25,623 bases of DNA, taken from NCBI GenBank assembly GCA_964560095.1, contig CAZLKP010000003.1, positions 5,116 to 30,738 of the forward strand. The letters run 5' to 3'. The notes under the pieces were generated by a model, which worked only from the letters and a program-made list of their open reading frames with translations, was not told the origin of the DNA and did not search any database. Below, piece after piece: positions 8,804 to 17,257 of the stretch (its first letter is position 1; every line of letters begins with the position of its first letter). The DNA is from an uncultured Bacteroidia bacterium (GTDB taxonomy: Bacteria > Bacteroidota > Bacteroidia > J057). Made by a program: the position numbers and the translations under genes.

Positions 8804-9137
8804 AGACGTGTTCGGATTAAAGAGTGACTGTTGACCTAATTTTCAAAAAAGCACAGATAACTCAAATGTTTGGCGGGTTTTTCACGACTACCCTTGTCAT
8901 TCCCTATGTAAGGAAATTGCAGCTTTGTGACTAGTTTTTGGACTTCCGTTCGGCTTTGCCTCAAAGCATTACGGTCCGCTGTCGGCCCTGTCTCATCACA
9001 GAATCCATGGAAGGGAAGGTTTCACCGGAGAATTTCCCAATTCCAAGAAGAATTCTTCTGTATTCTGGCTTTGAGCTAGATCTGTAATTAAACAGCGAAA
9101 AATGCCGACAAGATCTCGGTGCTCATTCGTTGAAAAA

Positions 9138-9524
9138 TCAAAAAGGGAGGTCATCTTCCTCAAGCCCGGAAGCATCAATGGCTCCGGTAGGTGGCGGCGG
9201 TGGAGGCGGAGGAGTGGCTCCGGTGTCTGGGGTTTCCTGTTGAACAGGACTCAACCGCCAGGCATCCAGTGAATTGAAATACTTAATTTCACCCTGTGGA
9301 GAGGTCCACTCACGACCTCTGAGATCAAATTCTACATTGATCGACTGGCCCTCCTGAAAAGGCTCAATCAATTCCACTTTGTCCTGTATCAGCTGGAAGG
9401 TGACAAATTGCGGGTACATGGGATTGCTCGCATATTCTACCACAAATTCCCGTTTCTTGAAAGTTGCAGTAATCTCCTTGGTCTCGAGCTTCTTGTACAG
9501 TTTTCCCTGGATGGACATCGACAT
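9138..9524 (-). CDS. DUF3127 family protein (OB-fold, SSB-like, with an acidic DDLPF tail)
   Basis: FKKREFVVE..YPQFVTFQLIQDK...FDLRGREW...YFNSLDAWR, then a Pro8 linker and a C-terminal EEDDLPF. The start could also be 9518. Confidence 0.88.
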   Translation of the reverse strand: MSMSIQGKLYKKLETKEITATFKKREFVVEYASNPMYPQFVTFQLIQDKVELIEPFQEGQSINVEFDLRGREWTSPQGEIKYFNSLDAWRLSPVQQETPDTGATPPPPPPPPTGAIDASGLEEDDLPF

Positions 9525-9550
9525 AATTCACGCTTTTGTTGATTGTGAGG

Positions 9551-9581
9551 CAAAGATAAACGTAGGGATGCCAAGTGCCAA
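9551..9581 (-). promoter_or_regulatory. Bacteroidota housekeeping-sigma promoter for the DUF3127 gene
   Basis: On the minus strand, TTG (9581-9579), a 20-nt spacer, then TATCTTTG (9558-9551) match the -33 TTTG / -7 TAnnTTTG consensus, about 26 nt upstream of the ATG. Confidence 0.65.
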
Positions 9582-9785
9582 TTATTCCTCCAGCAATTGA
9601 TCCACCTGGAGTTCGGCCTCCTGCAGATAAGAGCGGCACTGGGCGATCAGATCCTGTCCCTGACGAAACAACGACATTTGCTCGTCAAAATCAGACATAC
9701 CTTTTTGCATTTGCTCAAGGATCTTGTGCAGTTTCTTGAGTTTTTCTTCCAGAGAGAAGGATTTTTCTTCGTTTTGCTCAGCCAT
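9582..9785 (-). CDS. xseB: Exodeoxyribonuclease VII small subunit
   Basis: SLEEKLKKLHKILEQMQKG...DEQMSLFRQGQDLIAQCRSYLQEAELQV; 67 aa. Overlaps the xseA stop by 8 nt (ATGGCTGA). Confidence 0.9.
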   Translation of the reverse strand: MAEQNEEKSFSLEEKLKKLHKILEQMQKGMSDFDEQMSLFRQGQDLIAQCRSYLQEAELQVDQLLEE

Positions 9786-10923
9786 GGTCCTGGTCGTTGA
9801 TTTGTTTGTTTGTCACTGTTGATGCAATTCTCCCATCGGTAAAGATGGTTTCAATGGTATCGCTTTCGCTGACTTCGGACGACGAAGCAGTGATTTTTCC
9901 GTTTTTCAGGGTCAGGGTGTAGCCTCGTTTGAGCAGTTCCCGTTGGTCCATAGCGGTCAGGTTGGATTCGATCAGATCCAAGTCGTGTTGTTTTTGGCGA
10001 ATGAACTGCCGCACCTGCTGCTCCAGCCGGATCGAATATTCGTCCAGAAGCTGACTTTTAAAGTCAATAAAATATCGTAGGGATCGTTTGATCTGATCGT
10101 CTGCTCCCGCTAGCCGGTCCATCAGATCCTGCATATCGGGTACTGCCTGCTCTGCGGCCGCTGTGGGGGTGGAAGCTCTGTGATCGGCGGCAAAATCTGC
10201 AATGGTGATGTCGGTCTCATGACCGACACCGGTGATGATAGGAATCTCCCCTTCTCGAATGGCACGGGCCACAGCTTCTTCATTAAAATTCCACAAATCT
10301 TCCAGGGAACCACCGCCCCGCCCCAGGATGATGACATCCGGCTGGAGGTTGCGGGCCCGGGCAAGCGCCTTTACGATGGAAGAGGTCCCACCACTTCCCT
10401 GCACAATGGCAGGCACCACGCTTACTTTCACCGCCGGAAAGCGGCGCTGAAGCGTGCGAATCATATCCTGGACCGCGGCGCCCGTTGGTGAGGTCACAAT
10501 GGCGAGGTGCTTGGGAATGCGTGGTAGGGGACGCTTGATCGACGGATCAAAGAGCCCTTCACGGTTGAGCTTGTCCCGCAGAAGCAAAAACTGCTGATAC
10601 AAATCGCCGGTTCCTTGTTTTTCCACCCGCACCACGCGCATCTGGTAATTCCCTCTTGGGGCGTAAATAGTGATAAATCCGGTGAGAATGAAATCATCAC
10701 CAACTTCCATACGGGGCGCCCGAATGGCATCGCTTTTGAACATCACACAGGAGAGCTGGGCGTTCGCATCCTTGATAGAAAAGTACACATGGCCTGATCG
10801 GTGGTAGGTCAGGTTCGATACTTCTCCTGTTACACGTACATCCTGTAAAGCCGGATCACTTTCCAGTAAAGATTTGATGTAAAAGGTGATCTCTCCTACG
10901 CTATATGCTTGTGTGGTGGGCAT
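9778..10923 (-). CDS. xseA: Exodeoxyribonuclease VII large subunit
   Basis: OB fold (GEVSNLTYHRSGHVYFSIKD), IVTSPTGAAVQD, RGGGSLEDLWNFNEE, GVGHETD, ADHRASTPTAAAE and LKRGY. Confidence 0.96.
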   Translation of the reverse strand: MPTTQAYSVGEITFYIKSLLESDPALQDVRVTGEVSNLTYHRSGHVYFSIKDANAQLSCVMFKSDAIRAPRMEVGDDFILTGFITIYAPRGNYQMRVVRVEKQGTGDLYQQFLLLRDKLNREGLFDPSIKRPLPRIPKHLAIVTSPTGAAVQDMIRTLQRRFPAVKVSVVPAIVQGSGGTSSIVKALARARNLQPDVIILGRGGGSLEDLWNFNEEAVARAIREGEIPIITGVGHETDITIADFAADHRASTPTAAAEQAVPDMQDLMDRLAGADDQIKRSLRYFIDFKSQLLDEYSIRLEQQVRQFIRQKQHDLDLIESNLTAMDQRELLKRGYTLTLKNGKITASSSEVSESDTIETIFTDGRIASTVTNKQINDQDHG

Positions 10924-10962
10924 GGGGGCGGAACTGCGGATTCTGTAGCTGGGAAATTCCTT

Positions 10963-10993
10963 AAAAAAAGGCGAACCCTGGTCGGATTCGCCT
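10963..10993 (-). terminator. Rho-independent terminator after the T9SS cargo gene
   Basis: Minus-strand RNA AGGCGAAUCC-gacca-GGGUUCGCCU forms a 10-bp stem with one G-U pair, followed by a U-tract, 22 nt after the stop at 11016. Confidence 0.85.
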
Positions 10994-11015
10994 GAAAAAA
11001 ATCTTGATGGACTGC

Positions 11016-11753
11016 TTACTGGAGAATCACTCTTCTGGAACTGATGGCTTGCCCTTCAGAAACGAGATGGAGGAAATACACACCACGCGGAAGGCTGGAA
11101 ACCTCCATGTTAGCCGTACTGCTGGGGATGTTTACTTCCTGACGAAGCACCTCTTTGCCAATCAGGTTGAACAAGCGCAGGGTGCCATTGTTGCTGGAAG
11201 GCAATTCCACATCCACAGAGAAGCGGTCTCTGGCCGGATTGGGCATGGGGTTGGAAAGGCTCTGCGAAGCCAATTTGGCATCTTTGATGCTATTGGTGGC
11301 TCCCCCTACAGAAAACTCATACACAATGTCGAGGAAGTCCTCAGGATCATTGGCATTCACGATGCGCATGGTGGTGCGAGAATATCCGTCAATATTTCCT
11401 GGTATGAAGGCTATATACTGACCATCTCCAACACCTGTATGATTGAGGGTGTCGCCTGGTGAAATTTTCACCGGATCAATGGACTGCGCTCCATTCACTC
11501 CATAGCAAAGATCCCAGCAGAAATATGTGAGGTGAGTGGTGTCATTTCCTTCGGCGAGCACATTCTCCGTACGGTAAGCAAGCAGTGAAAGTGTGTCAGC
11601 TCCGTTATTGACAATGTCAATGTAAAATTTCCTTTCATCTTCAGCTTTATCTACTGAAAGCAGGCCGGAATAAGGGTTGATCAATTCCCAATCCTGAGCC
11701 GTACCAGTGGAAAAGGTTAGCAAGAGACACAGAAGGGTAACGATATGTTTCAT
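11016..11753 (-). CDS. Secreted protein with a T9SS type A C-terminal sorting domain
   Basis: Signal peptide MKHIVTLLCLLLTFSTGTA|QD, and a CTD reading NPMPNPARDRF...LFNLIGKEV...LPRGVYFLHL...SRRVILQ. The N-terminal beta-rich domain carries FCWDLCY. Confidence 0.9.
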   Translation of the reverse strand: MKHIVTLLCLLLTFSTGTAQDWELINPYSGLLSVDKAEDERKFYIDIVNNGADTLSLLAYRTENVLAEGNDTTHLTYFCWDLCYGVNGAQSIDPVKISPGDTLNHTGVGDGQYIAFIPGNIDGYSRTTMRIVNANDPEDFLDIVYEFSVGGATNSIKDAKLASQSLSNPMPNPARDRFSVDVELPSSNNGTLRLFNLIGKEVLRQEVNIPSSTANMEVSSLPRGVYFLHLVSEGQAISSRRVILQ

Positions 11754-11951
11754 TAGATCAGGGTTTTTATGTTAACTAAGAATGTACAATATACTGGGAT
11801 ACCCCACAACCGTGGTTAAAAATATACATTCTCTCCGCAAATAGGCAATTGAATTTGAATGTTGGGTGAACTGCGACCAAAACCGCAGGTGTTTTGGCGG
11901 TTCAGACTCCTGCTGTTGGGAGAGGGGAGGGGAGCCAATAGTTTTGGCAAT

Positions 11952-13193
11952 GTGAGTAATCAGGAAGCCATCGGCATCGTCACCTTTTTTCATGTACGAA
12001 GGGGATTTGGGAGAATCCGGACCGACAGACATCCGGAGGGGGTGTTTTCACATTTTTCCGCCGTACAAGAGCCTGCCCAAATCCTGATTCCCAATGAATT
12101 GGTCTGGCTGGATGTGACCCAGGGCTCCAAAGGCCCAGTGGCAAAAAATATCAGAAGGGTAACGGGTAGATTGCAGGGAACCATACACAGACATCATGGA
12201 GCCTGCCGCCTAATTCGCACGAGCGGTGGAAGCGAATACGTATTTTCCCCCAAAGACATTTTGTCCGACAACCGAAGTTTCAACCGTATCCTTGCCGGTT
12301 GGCAGGTGCAATTCAGCCCTTTTGAAGACGAACACGAGCTCACAGCCAAAGAGATTGTCATCTGCGACACCCGTCCGCCTTTTTTGCAAATGGTGAAGGC
12401 AAATGCCTGGGAAAAACGCCTGCAGGGACTTTCCAGGCTTGCTGAAGATGAGCGCTGGGAGGATCCGGAGGCGAACAGGCTTTTACCTGTACTAGAGAAC
12501 TATCTGTACGAAACCTTCCGAATCCTGTGGCGAGAAGGAGGGATTCATATCATTGATCGATATGCCGGTGAGCCGGAGGTAGCCATTTGGAATACGGGTC
12601 TCTTGAGCAAAAACGGAGAAGACATTCTGGCCAGAATGGACGAAATCCAGAATCCGGAACCGGGACAAGGGTACCTCACCCCCGCACGGTGGCGCTTGTC
12701 AGGGTTCTTTCCACAATCAGATCGCCGCATCCCGCCGCTCAGTCATCGATTGCCGTTGGCCATGGCCTTCGTGCCTCACAACAAACTCGTCCCCGATCCT
12801 TCGGCCTGGCTAGTGCCGGATCTGGACCACCTGCTCAAGCGTCATCAGCGACTGCCCGGATATTGGTCTGCATTGCCTCGGGAAGAACAAATCCAGCGCC
12901 TCCAGGGAGCCTTGCATAAGCTCAGCCAACTCCTACGCCGCAATCCTCGCATGGCCATTCCTCAGTGGTATGAAGAAACGGTGCAATACCTTGTGCCATT
13001 GGATATTGGGGATGGCAAAGGTCCCATCGGCGCCCTGGTGCTCGAAGAGCAGGACCATCAGCTTCGTGTGCAGACAATTCTTCAGCTTAACTGGGCGTAT
13101 CAGAATGCCCGGCTACTAGGGCCGCAGCAGGACAACTGGCTGGCCCGCTGGAAAGCCCGACAGGTACCCAATCCGGACCCCAAGGTTTATTAG
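11952..13193 (+). CDS. Two cold-shock (OB) domains fused to a DUF3825-like domain
   Basis: CSD1 is GIVTFFHVRRGFGRI...VFSHFSAV (RNP1/RNP2). A degenerate CSD2 ends QVQFSPFEDEHELTAKEI. The C-terminal LENYLYETF, WNTGL, AIPQWY..VQYLVPL and TILQLNWAYQNARL resemble DUF3825. The GTG at 11952 is preferred over the track's ATG at 11859. Confidence 0.75.
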   Translation: MSNQEAIGIVTFFHVRRGFGRIRTDRHPEGVFSHFSAVQEPAQILIPNELVWLDVTQGSKGPVAKNIRRVTGRLQGTIHRHHGACRLIRTSGGSEYVFSPKDILSDNRSFNRILAGWQVQFSPFEDEHELTAKEIVICDTRPPFLQMVKANAWEKRLQGLSRLAEDERWEDPEANRLLPVLENYLYETFRILWREGGIHIIDRYAGEPEVAIWNTGLLSKNGEDILARMDEIQNPEPGQGYLTPARWRLSGFFPQSDRRIPPLSHRLPLAMAFVPHNKLVPDPSAWLVPDLDHLLKRHQRLPGYWSALPREEQIQRLQGALHKLSQLLRRNPRMAIPQWYEETVQYLVPLDIGDGKGPIGALVLEEQDHQLRVQTILQLNWAYQNARLLGPQQDNWLARWKARQVPNPDPKVY

Positions 13194-13229
13194 GCGAAGA
13201 GGTCAAATGGGGAACAAGAACATGGAAAG

Positions 13230-13250
13230 GCACTGTTTCAGTGCTGTTTC
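13230..13250 (+). terminator. Possible weak hairpin terminator between the convergent DUF3825 and msrC genes
   Basis: GCACTG-ttt-CAGTGC forms a 6-bp stem followed by TGTTTC. The stem is short and the U-tract imperfect. Confidence 0.35.
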
Positions 13251-13287
13251 TGAGAAGGTGAATAGTCAGACGTTGATGAGAATGAAA

Positions 13288-13782
13288 TCATTTTTCAGAC
13301 ATTGACTCCTTCAGAATCCCCAGAATGCCTTCCAGATATTTCTGATCCAGCGCCGAAAAGTCATTCAGCCGGCTGCTGTCGATATCTAACACCAGGCGGG
13401 TGTGACCTTCGATCACCAGAGGAACCACAATTTCTGAGTTGGAGAGGGCGCTACAGGCGATGTGCCCCGGGAATTCATGCACATTACGGACCACCTGGGT
13501 TTGTTGTGTGGCAGCGGCTGTGCCACACACTCCTTTGCCAAATGAGATCCTCGTACAGGCCAGCGGTCCCTGAAAAGGACCCAGCACCAGTTCGTCTTCC
13601 GTTTCTGCCAGATAAAACCCTGTCCATAAAAAGCCTAGCCCTTCGTGAAGAATCGCAGCAACATTGGCCAGATTGGCAATGAGATTGGGTTCATCACGAA
13701 TGACGCCATGGATTTGTGGAATGAGCTCCTCGTAGCGCTGCTCTCGCGAGGCATCGGGGCTGAGATGTAACTGTTCGGCCAT
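13288..13782 (-). CDS. msrC: GAF-domain free methionine-R-sulfoxide reductase
   Basis: WTGFYL, GPFQGPLACTRISFGKGVCG, FPGHIACSALSNSEIVVP and LDIDS, with all three catalytic/resolving Cys positions present. Confidence 0.9.
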   Translation of the reverse strand: MAEQLHLSPDASREQRYEELIPQIHGVIRDEPNLIANLANVAAILHEGLGFLWTGFYLAETEDELVLGPFQGPLACTRISFGKGVCGTAAATQQTQVVRNVHEFPGHIACSALSNSEIVVPLVIEGHTRLVLDIDSSRLNDFSALDQKYLEGILGILKESMSEK

Positions 13783-13790
13783 ATAACATA

Positions 13791-15908
13791 TTACCCCCCC
13801 AATACGGCCAGTCCCAGTCGGATGTTGCCGTAGCTGATTTCGCCACCAAAATAATCGAAATACTGCCGCATGGTGGCTTCTTTGCCCAGATCGTGAAAGG
13901 CTTTCTTCACTCGCTGGAAAGCACCGTGATCCATGAGTCCCTTCAGGTCCAGGTCGTAGCCTTCCTGGTGGAGTTTAACAAGGTGTGAACAAATGGTGCT
14001 GTCTTTGAGCTTGCGCTTATCGGCCATGATCCTGACCTCCCAACCTTCCAGGTAGCAGGACAGGGTGATTTTTTGAGAACATGAGCGCGGGTAATACCCC
14101 TCACCTTCCAGCGAAGCCAGCAAATGTCCATGGATGATGCGCCGGATCTCCGTTCCATACTTCTTCTGTTTTTGTGCGCCCAGTCCCTGCACATCTGGGA
14201 GGTCATCTTCCAACAGGGGCAATTCCCGGATGAGACTTTCCAGGGTTGCATCGGTAAAAACATGATAGGGTCGAAGGCCTTCCGCAGCTGCTTGCTCTTT
14301 TCGCCAGATTTTGAGTTTGTGTTCCAGATCGCGAAAAAAAAGGTCTTTTTGACTCAGTGTGGGTTCCGGTCGGCTGGAAGTTTTGGCGGCTTCTCTTGTG
14401 GGCTTGACCAAAGACACCCGCTGCTGGCCCAGAAGAACCTCCTTTGACCGATCGGTGAGGGTGAGCACATTGCCATATTCATAGGCAATGTCCAGAAGCC
14501 CAAGATTGATCATCTGGATCATGTATTCCTGCCAGTCTCTGGCAGGGACGTCGCGTCCGGCACCATAGGTTTTGATCTGCTGGTAGCCTTTGGCCAGAAG
14601 ATCCTGTCGCTGGCTCCCACGAAGGATGTCGATGATCATCTGCATCCCAGCCTGCTCCCGGACTCTGGCTACTGCGGAGAGCGCTTTTTGAACCAGGATA
14701 GTTCCGTCGAACTGTTCGGGGGGAGAATCGCAGACATCGCAATGGCCGCAATCTTTGGGCAGGGATTCTCCAAAGTACTGTAGGAGAATCCGTCTTCGAC
14801 ACATGCTGGCGGTAGCGTATTGCTGCATCCGCTCCAGCTTGGTTTCCATCACTTCGCGCTGACCGCTTTCCTCCAGAAAGCGCTGCTGCTGAATCACATC
14901 GCCATAGCTGTAAAACAGCACCGTATCCGAAGGCAGCCCATCGCGGCCGGCCCGGCCGATTTCCTGATAATAGCCTTCGATGTTTTTGGGCAAATTGTAG
15001 TGAATCACCCAGCGCACATTGGGCTTGTCGATGCCCATGCCGAAGGCAATGGTGGCACAGATGATTGGGACTTCATCGTTGAGGAACTGCTCCTGTACCC
15101 GGTGCCGCGCTTTCCCTGTCATGCCGGCATGGTAAAAAGCAGCTTTGATTCCCTGGGCCTGGAGCTTGGTTGCGATAGCCTCTGTACTTTTCCGGCTGAG
15201 GCAGTAAATAATGCCCGATTGGCCGGGTCGGGTACGGATGAAGGAGCTGATTTCCTGAAACCGTTTTCTGCCGGGTAATACTTTGAGATGCAGATTGGGT
15301 CGATCAAATGAAGCGACATAAATTTCCGGATCCTTGAGGTTGAGTTTTTCGGCAATATCCTGTCGGGTGAGCCGATCGGCTGTGGCTGTGAGTGCAACGA
15401 CGGGCGTCTCCGGCACGATGTCGCGGATGCGGCCCAGCATGGCATATTCCGGCCGGAAATCGTGCCCCCACTGGCTGATACAATGTGCTTCGTCCACTGC
15501 AATGAGGTTCACCTTGATCCGCCCCAGCAGACGGATGACATCTTCGCTCATCAATTTCTCCGGCGATACATAGAGCAGGCGGATCTCTGCCATCATCAAT
15601 TCCTCGATGAGGCTGTTTTGTTCACTAAGACTTTGGGAGCTGTTGAGAAAAGCAGCGTTGACGCCATTGGCGCGGAGGCTCGATACCTGATCCTGCATCA
15701 GGGAAATTAGGGGAGAAATCACAAGCGTAAGCCCCGGCTTCATCAAGGCTGGAATTTGATAACAAATGGATTTTCCTCCACCGGTGGGCATGACAACCAG
15801 GCAGTCCTTGTTGTGATAGACGGTTTCAATGATGTCTTTCTGAAACGGCCGGAATTCGCTGTAGCCAAATACCTGCTGGAGGAGCGTATGTGGTTCTGTT
15901 TGCATCAT
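13791..15908 (-). CDS. recQ: ATP-dependent DNA helicase RecQ (helicase core, Zn/RQC, HRDC, C-terminal HTH)
   Basis: MPTGGGKS, VDEAHCISQWGHDFRPEY, ATIAFGMGIDKPNVR, YYQEIGRAGRDG, CRR...CGHCDVC, and HRDC PYHVFTDATL. Ends 8 nt before msrC. Confidence 0.97.
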   Translation of the reverse strand: MMQTEPHTLLQQVFGYSEFRPFQKDIIETVYHNKDCLVVMPTGGGKSICYQIPALMKPGLTLVISPLISLMQDQVSSLRANGVNAAFLNSSQSLSEQNSLIEELMMAEIRLLYVSPEKLMSEDVIRLLGRIKVNLIAVDEAHCISQWGHDFRPEYAMLGRIRDIVPETPVVALTATADRLTRQDIAEKLNLKDPEIYVASFDRPNLHLKVLPGRKRFQEISSFIRTRPGQSGIIYCLSRKSTEAIATKLQAQGIKAAFYHAGMTGKARHRVQEQFLNDEVPIICATIAFGMGIDKPNVRWVIHYNLPKNIEGYYQEIGRAGRDGLPSDTVLFYSYGDVIQQQRFLEESGQREVMETKLERMQQYATASMCRRRILLQYFGESLPKDCGHCDVCDSPPEQFDGTILVQKALSAVARVREQAGMQMIIDILRGSQRQDLLAKGYQQIKTYGAGRDVPARDWQEYMIQMINLGLLDIAYEYGNVLTLTDRSKEVLLGQQRVSLVKPTREAAKTSSRPEPTLSQKDLFFRDLEHKLKIWRKEQAAAEGLRPYHVFTDATLESLIRELPLLEDDLPDVQGLGAQKQKKYGTEIRRIIHGHLLASLEGEGYYPRSCSQKITLSCYLEGWEVRIMADKRKLKDSTICSHLVKLHQEGYDLDLKGLMDHGAFQRVKKAFHDLGKEATMRQYFDYFGGEISYGNIRLGLAVLGG

Positions 15909-16163
15909 GCTCCCACAATTTAAGAACTATCTGCCGATTCAGCAGGTATGGACAGGGATGGATTAGAAAAGAAAATTCTCACATTCACATCCCATAATCA
16001 CACGCTTGGAAACTTGCCAGCTACACCTATGCAGCCAGAACCCTAAAAAGGCGTATTTAATATTGAAATAGGGAACAACTGAATTCTTTTTATTCAGCTT
16101 TCATTTTCTCAACGCCCGAATTGTTCACCGCTTTGACCTCTTCACTCCTTTATTTTCCTCATT

Positions 16164-17189
16164 ATGAAATGCGTCCTTCTTCTCCTTACATTTTTTGGGT
16201 TGCTGGACGGCATCTCCAGACTTCAGGCACAGGACATTCGGGTCATCCAGTCGGGTGATGTAGCAGATAGCAGCTATTACGATATCGCCCGGGTGGATGC
16301 GAACGAGTTTTGGGTAGGCGGAGAAAATGGCATTCTTAAATGTCTGGACACCCTGGGCAACATCTCCAATGTACCCCTTCCTGTTCCCGATAGGCATATT
16401 CTCAAAATCGTCCCCTGGGGTAAATACGTGTATATCGCCGCTGATCAGGGGACCATTTTCCGCTATGATCGCATTCGTGATCGCTGGGTGCATGCCGATT
16501 TCTCTGATCAGGGATTTGAGAAGCTGACCTTCTACGACATGGTGGTGACGAATGAAGGAACCGTAGTAGTCGCCGGTGGCCATCACAAAATCGCCAAAGG
16601 AAAATTGGCGATTCCCCGTGGGTTCATCGCCCGGATGGATGAAGATTTACTGACCAAACCAGAGATCGTGTGGAGTCACGGATTGATGTTTCCGTTTGCT
16701 CTGGAATACAACGAAGCAGACGATGAGGTGATGGCCGTGGCGTTCACAGGTGTGAATTCACAGCTGTTTACCAGCATTGACGGTGTGAACACCTTTCAGC
16801 GGAAAGGATCACTGCCTGGTCTGGTACATCATATCGCCTTGTTTGATGGTGAATTGTGGTATTCGGGCGCCAAAAATCTTCGTTACACCAAAACGGGGAT
16901 CATCGGGAAAATGGGAGAGAAGCCCATGGAAATGGAAGGAGAAGGCTGTATCTGGAGCCTGCTGAAAATCGGCGATCAGGTGTATAGCCTGGCCTTCAAT
17001 GGTGCCATCGTTGGTGGTTCGGACCAATTAACCGACTACGTCTTCAAGGTGCGCCCTGCGCAAACCTCCCTCTACGAAGCTGTTGGTATTTCTGACCAAA
17101 AAGCTTTTGTCGTGGGGCATGGAAGAACGATTCTGATGCTTACCCATTTGTCGAATCAAGAAGGGGTCAATCTTCGTGTCAGGCGTTGA
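16164..17189 (+). CDS. Secreted/periplasmic beta-propeller protein (YCF48/BNR-like)
   Basis: Signal peptide ending LQA|QD. Repeated blades include SYYDIARVDANEFWVGGENGIL, ILKIVPWGKYVYIAADQGTIF, FYDMVVTNEGTVVVAGG and LYEAVGISDQKAFVVGHGRTIL. Confidence 0.7.
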   Translation: MKCVLLLLTFFGLLDGISRLQAQDIRVIQSGDVADSSYYDIARVDANEFWVGGENGILKCLDTLGNISNVPLPVPDRHILKIVPWGKYVYIAADQGTIFRYDRIRDRWVHADFSDQGFEKLTFYDMVVTNEGTVVVAGGHHKIAKGKLAIPRGFIARMDEDLLTKPEIVWSHGLMFPFALEYNEADDEVMAVAFTGVNSQLFTSIDGVNTFQRKGSLPGLVHHIALFDGELWYSGAKNLRYTKTGIIGKMGEKPMEMEGEGCIWSLLKIGDQVYSLAFNGAIVGGSDQLTDYVFKVRPAQTSLYEAVGISDQKAFVVGHGRTILMLTHLSNQEGVNLRVRR

Positions 17190-17257
17190 GGGCCAAATTG
17201 TTTCTTTGACTCGAAAGAACTATCTTCTTGGGTAGAAAACGAATACCTACCCGACAA

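Noticed and set aside
13783-13800. G7 tract at the recQ 3' end; a +1 slip would fuse RecQ in frame to MsrC
   Set aside because: G7 is short for phase variation, both genes look complete with their own stop and start, and the arrangement is easily coincidental.
14124-15710. Numerous overlapping 70-150 aa ORFs within recQ, and similar ones inside DUF294 and the envelope operon
   Set aside because: They are alternative-frame or antisense by-products of long coding genes, with no motifs or independent signals.
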